64,000 nucleotides of DNA from Antedon mediterranea. Lineage: Eukaryota > Animalia > Echinodermata. This document shows, in pieces, positions 12,657-27,600 of the stretch. Below the pieces are notes generated by a model. The model was not told where the DNA came from, ran no database searches, and saw only the letters and a list, made by a program, of their open reading frames with translations. The stretch is from contig NC_092676.1 in the NCBI RefSeq assembly GCF_964355755.1, positions 18,432,871 to 18,496,870 of the forward strand. Reading direction: 5' to 3'. Numbering within the stretch: the stretch's first letter is position 1; each line of letters opens with the position of its first letter. The translations under genes were made by a program, and so were the position numbers.

Positions 12657-15600
12657 TTAAAACAAACAACACCTCGGCCGCCCTTTAGTTTTCTTGTTCT
12701 TTATTACGTTTCTTTTCTCTTTCTGAAAAAAAAAATTTAACAAAAAACGCATGAAGTAATAATAATACTTTCAATTTTTTCTTTATCATTTTGTGTATTG
12801 GAACATATAACGGTACAAGCTCTTAATACTTTATTTTTACTTTCCATTTTTTCTTCAACACTTTGTGCAATGTATTGGAATATATATAACTTTGTAAGCT
12901 ATTTCATAAATTTTACTCTTGGGAGTTTTCAACATTAGTGAACCTAAATCAAAGAACACTTTCTGCAACATGTTTTCAGACGTAGCGGAATTTAACAAAT
13001 TTCACTTAGTACTTTTAGTAATGGACGATGCAGTAAATCTTATAAAATCAATGTTTGAAATAAAAACTTTGAAAGAGTTGACATAGAAATCAGTATAAAT
13101 TTTTGTTGCAAAGTATGACATTTTCTTTGAATATGGGTTCAATAGATACTATATGGATAATGGTCACACATTTATGCATTTTATACACACATAATTAGTG
13201 ACATACAAGAATCCTGACGCCCTTCATTCGGTTCAACGCAAAAGCAAAGATGTACCAACATGATTTACCTATATATCCCCATGTAAAACAATGTTGTGCA
13301 TCATAAATGCAAAAACTCAATTACCGTATACCCTCAGGTATAATCACACTTCGGGTCTAATCCCACCCCTACTTTATGTCTGATTTCACAAACAGCTATA
13401 GTCACAGTATTGACTTTTTTTTCTGGATGTAGGCTTCTCTCTAGCCAGTTCAGATGAGTTTTAATGCTTACCAATCATTTTTCTCTTGTTTCCTCAGCTA
13501 TGGTCACACAACCATAGTCACTCTCCCCTCCCCCAACCCACCAGTTTCATGTTCTTGGGAGGTGGGATTAAACCAGAGCTCTGTCATTTCAACACAAAGA
13601 TTAGGGTATATTTTTCACTACAAAAAACTTATTTGCATATTTATACTTACATCTTTTCTAATTTCACGAACTAGCGTATAAAAGGCTTCATCCTATAAAA
13701 AAAAAATGTTGAGTATTAAGTAACAAGATTTGTATTTGTCTTTAAAGAAATGATTCTAATGTTCCAGAAGTAATACCTAAAGTTGGCTATGTAATAACAG
13801 TGCATAATGTGAAGAGATAGAGATTAATTCATGATAACACTTACAACGCCTTGTCTTGTCTTAGCTGATGTTTCTATGTATGGTATTGCGAATGTCTTCG
13901 CTAATAGTCCAGCATTCTTCTGGTCTACATTTCGGTTTGGAAGATCGATCTTATTACCAACCACTGTAAGAAATATATTACATTTAGCACGTGTACCCTT
14001 TTTTAAAGAAAACTAAATTAACATGCGACATCCAGCAGAATTAGTTAAGAAATAATCTAATGTAATATCTTAATAATATCCCTTATCACCATAATGATGT
14101 AGAGGCCAATACACTGAGTTCAATATTCATCAATGATCATCAATATTGTTAATTTGGTGTTTATACTGCTATGTATCACAGCTTAATTTCTGTAAACTAA
14201 TAATGATTAATTTAATAATTAATATTAAACTTATTTTCAAGAAAATGTTGTAGGTGCAATCGAAGTTTGTTTCTTGCAGGTTTCTTTCTGTGTGGGGAAT
14301 GGCCTTAAATACAGTAAGTCTAGGAGTCTCTCAGAATTATAAGTCAACCAATTATAATGTATGGAGGGATTCCCATTAGAGTAATCATACATTGAACCTG
14401 GAGATAAAGATATCTACTTCATTAATTTAATAATTAATATTAAACTTATTTTCAAGAAAATGTTGTACTGTAGGTGCAACCCAAGTTCGTTTTGCAGGTT
14501 TTTTCTGTGTGGGGAATGGCCTTCCAAGTACAGTAAGTCTAGGAGTCTCTCAGAATTATAAGTCAACCAATTATAATGTATGGAGGAATTCCCATTAGAG
14601 TCATACATTTGAACCTGGAGATAAAGATATCTACTGCAAAGATATTTAGACAACCTTATTCCTAACAACCGTATGAAAAAAGTGACAAACTTGGTTAATG
14701 AAAATGTGAATTAAATCTATCGTTTGATCTACGGCAAGATCGGTATTACACGTTCTATATTATCTTAATTGCCCAATCAATGTCAGTGAATAATGAGACT
14801 TTGTGTAGTGAGTAATAAAGCATAACAAGTTGAATGATAATTATGATGAATCTAGCTGGCACTTACAGGTCAATATGTGTTACTAAAATACCTCATATTC
14901 AGGGACTACAGTATTGCATAGATATAGTATGGTAATAGTGACCACTGTAATACCTGTTTATATGCAGAGACTATTGCATGGATATAGTAAGGTAATAACT
15001 AATAGTGACCACAAATACGGATATGGATGCATGGTGGATACAGTACAGTAGTTGTTACCACTGAAATACCTGTTTATGGAATATGCAGGGACTATTGCAT
15101 GGATGTATAGTAGTTGTTACCACTGAAATACCTGTTTATGGAATATGCAGGGACTATTGCATGGATGTATAGTAGTTGTTACCACTGAAATACCTGTTTA
15201 TGGAATATGCAGGGACTATTGCATGGATGTATAGTAGTTGTTACCACTGAAATACCTGTTTATGGAATATGCAGGGACTATTGCATGGATGTATAGTAGT
15301 TGTTACCACTGAAATACCTGTTTATGGAATATGCAGGGACTATTGCATGGATGTATAGTAGTTGTTACCACTTAAATACCTGTTTATGGAATATGCAGGG
15401 ACTATTGCATGGATGTATAGTAGTTGTTACCACTGAAATACCTGTTTATGGATATGCAGTAGTTGTGAACACTGAAATATCTCTCTATGGATATATGCAG
15501 GGACTAATTGCATGAATATAAATAGTACAGTAGTGTAGTATTAAACAAAATGGTGTTACTGCAATAAATTCCTTTGACATGGTCCCTTACTTGTTTTATG

Positions 15601-18600
15601 TATATTATTATTAAACTAACTATTTGAAAATTAAAAAATACTTACAAACCATGGGAACTTCCTCAGAATCTTTTACCCGTTGTATCTGATCTCGATACGA
15701 GTGAATATCTTCAAATGATTTTTCGTTATTGACAGCGTAAACACATAGAAATCCTTCACCCGTCCTCATGTATTGGTCCCTCATTGCACTATAAATAAAT
15801 TAATATTTTAATTACCGTACTGACAATACTAATAATTAAAGACAAGACTCTCATTTTCAGTTTTCTTATCTGAATAGTAAAACTGAAAAAATGGCAATTT
15901 AGAAGACACAAAAAGGAAAGGTTGTCAATGTGAAACTGAAAACTAAAAGGAATTTATTTTCAATACAACAAAAAATTAATTACATCAAGTATAAATGAAC
16001 AACAAAAGTTGTATGGAAGAAGATAACTTGAAGTTATAGCCACCATAAAACAAAGTTAACAAAACATGATATTAAGGTAAAAAGATACAGTACAGAATGT
16101 TTATTTTAAGATTATCCAAGAACTTGTTTAATAAATAAGGGCCTCAATGAACAACAAAACGACGCCTAATAGATGATGAACGATATGTTTCTTGGTACAT
16201 AATTGTTAAAATGTTAAAAGAAAATCTTGTATAATTATGATGATGTTGTTCAGAAGATTTAAAAAAAAGTTATATCGACTTTTGAATGAATAAAACTGAA
16301 AAGAACTACTGCTTTTTGCAAGCGCTTATGTCAATAACGTGTGTGGTTATCATATGGTTCGTGTAACCAAATTAAACATTTTCAGTTGCATTTAGTTTCT
16401 TTCAGTTTCAGAAAAAGTAGAACATGTTCAATCCAACGTGAGATAAATACCAGTACTATGGAAATATTGACAAACTACTGAAAACTAAATTTTAATTTGG
16501 CTTAAAATCCTGGTAAAATACTATAATTATTGACAAATCAACAACCCACACATGTAATGCTTTCCTTCCAGGTTTTCCAAAGTGACAGTATTATTATTAT
16601 TTGTTATTTTTAAAAACGTCTTTCCAAAGATGATCAAAGCACTTTACAGAGTAATAATTAACAGAATCAACAACATACAAAATATATTTAAATGTGCTAT
16701 AAACAATAGCATTGTCGCCTTTTCATTTTCTTGACGTATTAATTTATTGACTACACTGTCAAGTCAGAACATCATTCTGCGCATGCTCAGAAACATCTGC
16801 ACATGCTCAGAACAACTGTTTGATGCGATGAGTAAACCTAATTGAAATTTTTTGAATTACCGAAATTTGTTTACCAAGACTACAGTACTGTATCTGTACT
16901 AAAATGAATTTATATCATGTTGACGTATCTACAGTCAGTAGATATTATTTTAAAACTTTTGGTAAATTTTTAGAGTAAATACCGTAATAAAGGTTTTGGG
17001 TTTCATTTATTTTTTACATTTGATTAAAAAGCATATTTTCTTTATTAGAAGAAATAACTTGGAAATAAGTTACAATGGACAGACATTTCAAATGCACACA
17101 AAGAAATCTCACTATTATAAAACTATATTGTGAACAATGAGTAATTCAGCATCTAGCAAGGACAAATCTATTTATAGAAATGACATCATTGTACAGCATC
17201 TGTATATTTAGACATGATGAATGTTTTTAATACACAGTAGTCATCAGCATTATTAGTAGCCTGCAGTGGTGATGATACAAGTTTATTTTAAAATATGATT
17301 TACATTTTCCCAGGGCCTGAAATTCACACCAGCAAACTAGTAATTTGCTATAAAGCATTATATTTGTTTATAATTTCTAGCTAGTCATGTTTGTAATTTT
17401 TTAATTTAGGCTATGAAATTTCATTTTCTACAGTGCAGTATTTGGGATGATTTCTGAGAACTTCTTTCGCAAACTGTAGTGTTATTTATCAAGTAAAAAT
17501 TCTGATTTAAGTACTTTCCATGAATCTATATCAATAATTACATAATTTGCTAATGTTGCCATTTTATGACAAACTCATTAATTTATTATATAGACTTTAA
17601 ACTTGGACGGGTAATAAAACTGTTAATGTCTCTCCTAAATACCATTTCTCAGGAGCAAAATACAAACACAGATGATCAACTGGACCGTATACTAATAATA
17701 TTCTAGATATAATCTTTGTCAATGATTGATGCAGAAATAATACTAAACTGACTATACAGTAGTATATTATATTACATAGCCTATGTAAATACGCGAACGT
17801 GATTGGTTGAAACTGCATCACATGACTACCGCTGCGAGGATCGTAAATCGTATATATCCTCGAGAACGATGATATTGACTGTGTAATTTTCGCGTAATTA
17901 TCGTGTCCCCTGTCATTAAACATATAGATTCTCGAGTACGATGATATTGACTGTGTAATTTTCGTGTGCAACACTCGAGTTTGCCGATAAATAAACAAAA
18001 GTCATCTACTCGATCTTGAACTCGGGTGGAATTGTCACTCCATCGCAAGACAACGTCTCATCCGCTTGGCCACGGAATTTGCTTGAAGAAATTAATCTTC
18101 TAAACTATTTAAGCTATGCATACATAGCGCCCTCATTTGTTATAAGTCCACCCTAAATGTGATGAAACACCGTTTGTGATTGGTCAATACTCACGGTAGT
18201 AACCTAGTAACTAGTACGCGCTGAACATCCGGTGATTCGGCTCCTCGAAGATCGAGAGAAGACGAATTGTTTATTCGGCCTACCTGATTATAATATTATT
18301 ATTAATAGGCTTATTGATGGAAATTCTTCTGTTAATTTAAACGACCTAGGCCTAAGTGAATATTTTATTGCCAAGGAATCATTAATTAGTAATTATCTGT
18401 ATATTATTCTTCGCAAGGTAAGGTGTCTAGGCAGGCTTGTTTTAAATACAATACAACTACTATAGGAGGCCTAGCCTAGCTTCACCCAACCCAGCAGACT
18501 TGTTCTTGGCTATATAATATAACAGATATTGCCTTTTATATCGGTTAAATATAAGATTTGACATCCCCTCGGGAATGATATTAAGTTCTCGGGGAATATA

Positions 18601-21600
18601 TATTTCCCTCAGCTGGCGCTTCGGGAAATATATATTCCCTCGAACTTAATATCATTCCCTCGGGGATGTCAAATCTTATATTTAACCTCTAAGCAGTCAA
18701 TATCTGTATAATACTATACTGTATGTGTATGTTCACTCCCACCTCTTAAGCATTATTTTATAGATATACAGGTTTAAAGATAGTAAAATGGAAAGGGCAG
18801 ATTTAATAATACTGCAAGTGTACAGCATGCAAACCAGGCATAGAGTATAGTTTATGATATAATGTGCAAAATCAATAATCTTTTTTCGTAAAATTTAGAA
18901 TAATTTGAGTGGCAAATGGAAATAAAGATCTTAATTTGGAACTACTGTACTGTCAACACAGTGCTACTACTATGCCTCATACTGACATAGGCATAGGCAT
19001 ACTGACACATGTACTGTACATGTGTCAGTATGCCTATAAATGTATGAGGCATAGTAGCACTGTGTTGACAGTACAGTAGTTCCAAATTAAGATCTTTATT
19101 TCTATGAATAAAGATTATTGATTTTGCACATTATATAAATTATACACTACTAGATGGCACGCTCGCTTCGCTCGCGTACCATCTAGGTCGTGCCCACAGA
19201 TGGTTCTCGAATACACAGTATTTTCCAGCGAGAAAAAAATGGAGATTTCAAATGTACGTACTGCAGGACTATAATACATTGTCGTTTACAGAAACGAATA
19301 AATATACACGATGATTTATGTAGTCAGCTAAAATTAGCACCCTGGGAATTACTTCCGAGAGAAAGAAACAAAATGAGTCAAATTTTTTTATTTGGACTCA
19401 TTTAAACAAACCCAATTTGTGTTTTGTATGTAACATTAAGGGTTGAGGGATGGGGGAAGAAGATAGGTACAAAGAGGAAACATTTTAAAATATATTCTTA
19501 TCCACTCAGTAACAAAATATTGTTTTTAATGTTTTATAGGCCTATAAATAATATACCACTAAATACAGTAAAACGTTTACGATTTAATACTTTGTTAAAA
19601 CTCTCACTGTCATAGTCGATTGAAATAGTAAAGTACATGTAACGATACACCACTACGTACGTACGTTTATATATTTTTAAATTATTAATTAATACAAACG
19701 TTGAGAAGCAACTGTCAGTAATAACGTTTATTTATTTGTATATTATATGTTTATAATCTAACAGTAGGGCCTACCCACACTCACAGTAATAAAGTTTATT
19801 TGTATATTTGTTTATATTATATCTAACAGTACCAACACTCACAGTAAGATATTTGCGATTCAAATTGCGATCAAAAGTGCATTGCAATACTATTTATGTT
19901 TATTCTCCAAGGGGGCCCATAAATCTAAATCTATACCTCTATGGTTAAACCAAATAATTTGGAATGTTCCATTCATCACAAATCAATACATGTGTAAAAA
20001 CGTATATTACATGTATCAAAATAGCATTTTTTAAAGAAAATCGGCCTGTTTTCAACATTATGATGCTGTACTCGAACTGTTCAACCGGTTTTCAGCTAAT
20101 AAAAACAATTATCGTAGGAGGAGATAGGAAAATGCGAAGTGTCCTCGTATTATTGTGTGCGGGTATTTTTCAAATTGACATCCATTAGACAGTGTATACC
20201 ACGATCGAAAAACACCCCTATTTGGGGCAAATCGTTGAACCTAAATTCGTTCCAATCGTCAATAACTAATTATCGAACTCAATTTAATTAGTAGACAGGG
20301 TTACATCAGGTGGTTAAAATTAGTACCGAAAGTACGAACCAACTTTATATACCATCGAGTAAACATTCTAGAAATAACGCACGATTTACCGATTTTTGCC
20401 CTTACGTAAATTTATATATAGATACTGTATGCTTGGTTTGCATCAGTATACAAACAGTATTATTACACATTTACACATACAGTACAGTAGCTGTGCCAGG
20501 TGGAGTAGTCAGAACTATATTTAAACAAGAAATATTTCTTACAAAAAACGCCGCTTGACATTTTAAAATTAATCATTGTTCTTTTGATTAATTTATGAAT
20601 AATTATTAAAAAGATGTCCTTTAATCGCAAAGATACATACAAATCACAGATACGGTAGTTATTTAATTATGAATCACATGCCCATTTTTTCACTAGTTAA
20701 TTGTATACAGAGCATTTGAAAGAAGACATGTGTACCTTTCCAACAATGTATTATTTTCCAACAAATATTAATCTACTAATTCAAACTACTGTAAGTCAAT
20801 TTTGAACTTTAATGTGCTGTAGCCTGTTTGTGTGTGACTTTAACCTGCACTGTAGGCATGCAACTGAATACCCTCTAGAGACAACGTGACTTCAAGGTGG
20901 TAAATTCTTCCACAATCTGTTGATTCGCATCAACCAATCAAAAGGCAAGAATCCAAAATCGTTCAACAGTGAGCCCTCATAGACTCTCTTTTCCCAGACG
21001 TTTTTTGGGTACAGCAGCTGGGACCTACAAATTATAGTCGAGTTTGCAAATTCAAATTCTCAAAACTGTCAGCCTTACAGTAGATACTAAAGCTACCGCT
21101 ATGAAACAGCTTATTAATGAATATGTCCTCATGGGACATAGCTGGCTAGACCAGTGGCACGAAAAAATGTATTCAACAAGTAGTCAACCAAGGGCTTGCA
21201 TTAGCAACACATTACAGTATGTGTCCACAGCATATATAGTAGTAGGAATACTCTACAATAATACAATACAAATCTAACTTATTTCCAAATTAAACTAAAC
21301 TACAGTAATAAAAAAGAAACACACAAAAAAATCTTCTACTAATTTTAGTTATGATTAAATTTGTTACTATAATTGTATAGTATGAAATAATTCTACTGTA
21401 AGGGGTTTAGGGACTTAGGAAAAGATGAATTTCATAAATACAATATTTTTTTTTTCCGATTGTAATTATTAAGAAGGAAAGTCATTGCCTCTTGAGTGTA
21501 ATCAATACAGCAACAATAATTAAACTTGGGCAATTCTTCTTATTAATAATAATGAATAGATGCCATCAGGACAGTTCTCATTTAAAATTTAATTAAATTT

Positions 21601-24600
21601 TGGCTGTGTCCTGGCCAAACAATAAAAATATATGGCCGAGCGGTTAAGACAGCATAAACTGTCTTTAGCCTTTATAGCAAGGGTTCGAGTCTCACTCGCT
21701 TCATGGTTCTGGTGTAGAACAAGTTAGTCTTCTAGGATAAGGACTATAAACAGTTACACAAAACGTTTGGGTGGACCTACAGTACAGTACTATATCTTGC
21801 GAGACGAGTAGGGGATTGCCCTGGTGTGTTACTGTAGCAGCTCACACAGCTTCTGTTGCGGACAGAAGAAGTACAGTAGTGCTGTATTTGGCAGCACAGA
21901 CATGAGGGAAGAAGAATGCTGTTGAAAGGTGTAACATAAAGTTCACAGCGCCATGATCACTTTCGTTGCAGATATGGCACTATATAAATCTCCATCATTA
22001 TACCAACATCTACTGTAAAAACACATTTATTTATGTGTACAGTATCTGTATTCTTTCGGACAATGATACTCTCAGTCTCAACTTGTTTCTAAGATAAATC
22101 TGCTAATTCTGGAACAGAGGCTAGGCATTGCCCAATACTAGTCCCTCTTGAAAAAAACTCATTTTAAAACTTGTTTAGGTCATGTTTTAAAACCAGTCTT
22201 TAAGACATCTTTCATCCTATTTGTTTAAGAAAATATTACTTTAATTTGTAGGAATGATGTCCTACATATACCTGTGTCTAAATTTAAAAAATTCTTTATT
22301 GACAGCATCCCTTTCTTTCACAAGGGTCTGAATCTAATAAATTGATGGATCAGAATTTTTTCAAGTTTGATCTGAGAATTATATTGTTTAAAAATTCATA
22401 TGCTTGCCATTTGCAATATCTGTATAACTTAACATTAGATAATGTAAATAACTGCAAAAAAAAAATTATCTTCCTCCAGTAGTTTTAGAATACACCTGTT
22501 GTTTGTTATTATCCCGTCCTTGAGATAACACCTGTTATCATCCCATTCAAACAAAAATTGCCATACTTTTGCGAAGTACAGTCAACTATGCACTTCCTCA
22601 AACAACCTCATCAAGCTCCACACGCCCAAATTCTCAAACCAAAACTGGATGTTTTTGTCCAACCCAAAAGTGCACAGTTTTTGGGACAACTGAGCGGGTG
22701 ATTAACGATGTTTACAAACAACACATCTACCGGAAGATCTGAGAGGAAGGATGTAGATTACAGTAATATTTATATTGAATTTAAAAGATGTTACCAGATG
22801 TTTTGCACAAAACTAAACAAATATTAATTTGTACAGCTAACAAATATTAATTTGTACAGCTATCAAATAAGAATTCCAGATAAATACACTCGAAAACTAG
22901 CTCTAAAGGAAGATAACAAAAGAGTAAAGAGACACGTTGGAAGACCGAAGAAAATATGGACAAAAATGATGCAGGATTTCTAAAATGTACAGTACTATAC
23001 TAATTATACAAGATGGTTTTAAAATGTACCACTTTACAGTAGATACAAGCTGCCCATGATGGGAATAAATGGCACGAAATAGTAGAATATGCAACTAAAA
23101 TTTAGTGTAAAGATACATAAACCATTTGAAATTTACGTCTAATGGTTGAATAACTGGGAAGGTGACGTACAGTATTACCATTCCTGTTACATTGTTAACT
23201 CATTCCATGGATATAATTGTGCAAAAAGTCTTCTGGGATTATGAATCTAAAGCTTGGTTCCCACTAGCAACGCAACACAAGGACGTAACGCAACGCAAGT
23301 GAATTGCTAACTGTCTATAACTTCGCTTGTCATTGGTTAAAACGCTTGTGTTGCGTTTACGTCCTTGCGTTACGTTCTAGTGGAAACCAAGCTTAATGGT
23401 TCGGTAAACAAAAGCCAGTTGTGTGCACTTCCAGTACATCTTTGAGTTGAGGATGAGTAGGTGTTTACTAGTTTAGACGACAACATAGTAAAGATGGTTG
23501 GTGGTATGTACAGTAGGCTTGACTAGTGATCAAGATTCTGTCCATGCATGCCTATATTCCTAGACTCTCTGTAAATCAATTACTTATGTTAGTGCATCCT
23601 TGCCATTTACCTGTATTCTTCTTGACCAGCAGTGTCCAATATATCAAGTAAACAGGTCTCGCCGTCTATCACAACTTGTTTTCTATATGAATCCTCTGTA
23701 AACAAATAATATATTGTCAAACATTTAATTTGCTGGTATGAAAATAACCTATTTTCGTTTTCTAACACCCTGTTCAGACCCATGGCGTTAGACCGTTTTA
23801 GCGTACGACGCTAAAAGAATGTGTGTCTGAATAGTTGGGGATTAGCGTACAACGCGTCGTACAACGGTTGTAGCGTTGTAGTGGAAAACGGTTGATAGAA
23901 CCGTTTTAGCGTACGACGCTACTGTAAGTCAACGTTGTATCCAATCAGAACGTTTCCTGTTATGACGCGAAACAAGGTTTGACCTAGGCTGACATCTTGT
24001 ATCGTCAATGTGTGAGATGGATTTCAATAACAAAAAGGCCAGAATAAATAAGGCCTAACTACACTACAAATACAACTGTTACAAAGGCTACAAACTATTA
24101 TCATTTGATTACCATTATATTTTCTAACAAATGACATAAATACATGCACCTTGTATTTAAACATAGGGACTACGATCCCATCCGCTTTTAGGCCTAGCTA
24201 GGCCTAGAGCCATTTACGCATTTCATTTAAGCTAAAAACTAGCGTGGGACATCAAGTCACTCATTCATACAAGGCAGACTAGACTGGACAAGTTTAATGC
24301 TGAAAACCCCCTAACTCCTAAAAAAATCAGTAAACAAACAAGGGGAGCTGTGTCCCTTTTATTAGCAAGTTAAGGGTTATTTTCAACCGACTGGACCAAA
24401 GAATATATATATCTTTGACTGGACTGGATAGACTAATCACAATCATATTTTTCTTCATCATTACGATACGAGGCCTGCTTTATTTTCGTAACGCAAGAGC
24501 CTGGGGAGAATGTTTTTAACTACAAAATAAAAACAATAGAAACAGAAATTTGGCTTTACTATATTTTTCTTAAATAAATGCTGAGGTATGTTTTATTTAC

Positions 24601-27600
24601 GGCAAATTTTGTCATAATTGTAGGGCTGAGATCTAGGCCTATATACAGTGGAAATAATGATGAAAACACGTGGGTAAAAGCACATGAATATGCAACTAGA
24701 AACAACCTGGATGACGTACTTCCGTTGTAACGATAATCGTACGCTATGGGTCTGAACACCTCGTTTTTTTCTCTGCGGTTTGTAACGTGACCTTGATAGT
24801 AACGTTGTACGCTAAAACGGTCTAACGCCATGGGTCTGAACAGGGCCTAAGTTTGTATCTCATTTACTACTTCTGGGATCAAAATCGATATCCGTACCAT
24901 ACAAAAAAATAATACCAAAGGCAAAGTCTTACTTATCATATACCCCAGTCAAATGACCACTATACACTTCAGTTCAATGCCCACTATATCCCAGTCCAAT
25001 GACAAACTACGCTCTAGTTCAATGACCACTCTACCCCAGTACAATGACCACACACTGTACACTCCAGTCCAATGATCACTACTACTGTACACCTCAATCC
25101 AATGACCAACTACACTCATTCAGACCACGATACTCAGTCTCAGTGACCGGTGAACTCATAACCCCCTATCTTAAATAGTAATGCGTATTATAGTCTGATT
25201 GTTCAAATATTGAGAATGTGTAAAATGGAGCTTTTGACATGTTTTACACATTAATATTTGGTCAAACCTAGAGGCATGTTTAAAATAGGTTATTTTGTTC
25301 TAATCCTGGTTTTATTCATCAGGCTATTACCAATAACTAACATTTATTTAAAAAGGCACAATTCTTACCAATGGTTGGATCATATTCATCAACAAAACTG
25401 CAAGAAAAAGAAAGATAAAATACAATAAGAAGATTGTATGAATGTTACTATTTGTTTGCAAATCTCAATCTTTTCATCTTACGTGTCCTTAAGATGTAAC
25501 CTACAGTATATTATTACACTTTTATTAATTATTATAATAACTATAAAGTATAACAATACTCATAATAACAATAATTACAATAATTAAAAATAACTACTAC
25601 AGTAGTAATGACTATAATTTTTATGTGTTTAAATTTTAAGTGTAAATATGTATAATTATGTTTGTATGATGTTGTATGTTTAAGCGGATATTAGCCCTTG
25701 ATGGCATTTGCAGCAATAAAGAAATTGAATTGAATTGAATTCCATAGTCAGTCTTGTATTTAGTAGAATTATAATTCCACAAAAGGAGCAAACCTGCCAT
25801 GAGTGCAGCTGGGCTAGTAAAAACCAATTTAACAGCATTTCTGGCAAGTCGTGTGCTTATCCCACATAGAATCTCTCCTGTACCGGTTTCGGCTCAACCT
25901 CCGGTACGATTCATGTTTTGTGTAAATGGTCATCAGAAATAACATTCTATTCTATTCATACGATTCAATATTTGCATTTTGTATCCATGTTAGTTTTGTA
26001 TTAATTATTATAATAACTATTTAATTATTATTAAATATTTACAGATTTAATTAAAATACAGCAATCTACAATACATAATACTATCACTCAGTAAAAAGTA
26101 AATTACCACAGCACATACTACAGTAAATTATGTAAATAAAACTTTAAATAAATAACTAAACAAGTGAACAAAGAAGATAAAAACCGACCTTATAAATTTA
26201 TAAGACCTGTACTACACTAATGTTGTACTACAACCAGTCAAAAAATGAATACTGTATAATAAATTATAACTCGAGAATAAAATAAATGCAGAATATCATT
26301 TGTTTTTTAAGTACCTATCTATTGCTATTTTGTTTTGGTTCAATGAAAAGATTTTTTTTTTTTTTTGGCCGAAAGAGAAAACATTTTTGCCAACGCCAAC
26401 GGTGCCAGTCAAATGGCCAGTATACAGAAAAAGATTGTTTAGCAAAAGCAGTTAAAATTTAAGTGAAAAACCAGTATTACATTCTAAACCATACTGTAAT
26501 CAAGAAGTTTAATTACATCAATCAACACAATTCACAAATAGCAATTTTGAAATATTTTAAACAGGACCACCTATGAAGTAATTTCTACAGAAATGGATCA
26601 CCCAATTATATGTATAGTAATAGGTATACTATGATTGTACAGTATACCCTATTTTGAAGATATGTTGCATACAATAGTTAGTATTACACTTAAGAATAAA
26701 CATAAAAATTGGTTCCCACTTGGATGCAATGCAACGTATGCAACGTTTAGCGAGTTGACCAATCACAAGTGACACATTTGGGTGTTGTAATTTGCGTAAA
26801 CTTTACTTGCGTTGCATGTACGTACCGTACAAATGTGCTTACCGTACATCCAGGTTGTGTTGCATCCTAGTGGGAACCAAGCTTTAAAATCAATAATTTT
26901 GTCGGACACTGTACACATAAGTTTTACTAATTAATAGACTATAATAATTCATGATTATTTAAAGACTAATTAAATCCGTTCTATAAACCAAATTCATCAA
27001 CTGATAATGAAACCATACAGTAGGACATCCATAGATTGCTGGTTGAATTGCAAGGATTGCAGCAAGGCAGCTTATCCAGGGGCCTAAGTGATGCTTTTCC
27101 AGGACAGTAAAAATGCTCTTTTAAATAGCTAAATAATACTGTATAATATTCAGTGATAATAAGACAGAATCTGAGATAAATGCCATAAAACAACCTATCC
27201 TGTGGTTGGAATTAGACCCATAGGTTTAATATATGTGTACTGTTCTGTGCGTTTAAACTACTGTATAGTAACACTGTAGACTTACGGTACTAAATACTAA
27301 TACATTTGAGTAAAATGGGGAGTTTTTTATCATTTATTTTGTTAAAGAATTTAATATTATAACACAACAGTACCTTTGATTTGTTTTAATAATTAATACA
27401 AATATATACAAATATTAATAGTTACTGTGTATACAATTCCACATGTCATAATCTAAAACACAATTGTTCTAATTTAAATAAAACGTTTTCATGTCTTGAC
27501 ACAGTAAATAGAAATTTGAATCACATAATAACTAGTACGGTAATTAGTAATATACTGTAATGCAAGTGGTTAGGTTAAAAGTGGTGAAATATGACCTTTT

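Noticed and set aside
13402-13497. Possible alternative Ras terminal exons ([12 protein letters not shown] and LRKQEKND...)
   Set aside because: Both acceptors lack pyrimidine tracts and neither gives a CaaX cysteine; the CCLF exon fits far better.
17597-18465. ORFs in the CpG-richer segment of Ras intron 4
   Set aside because: They arise from an internally duplicated, probably transposon-derived segment; no transposase or recombinase motifs are visible.
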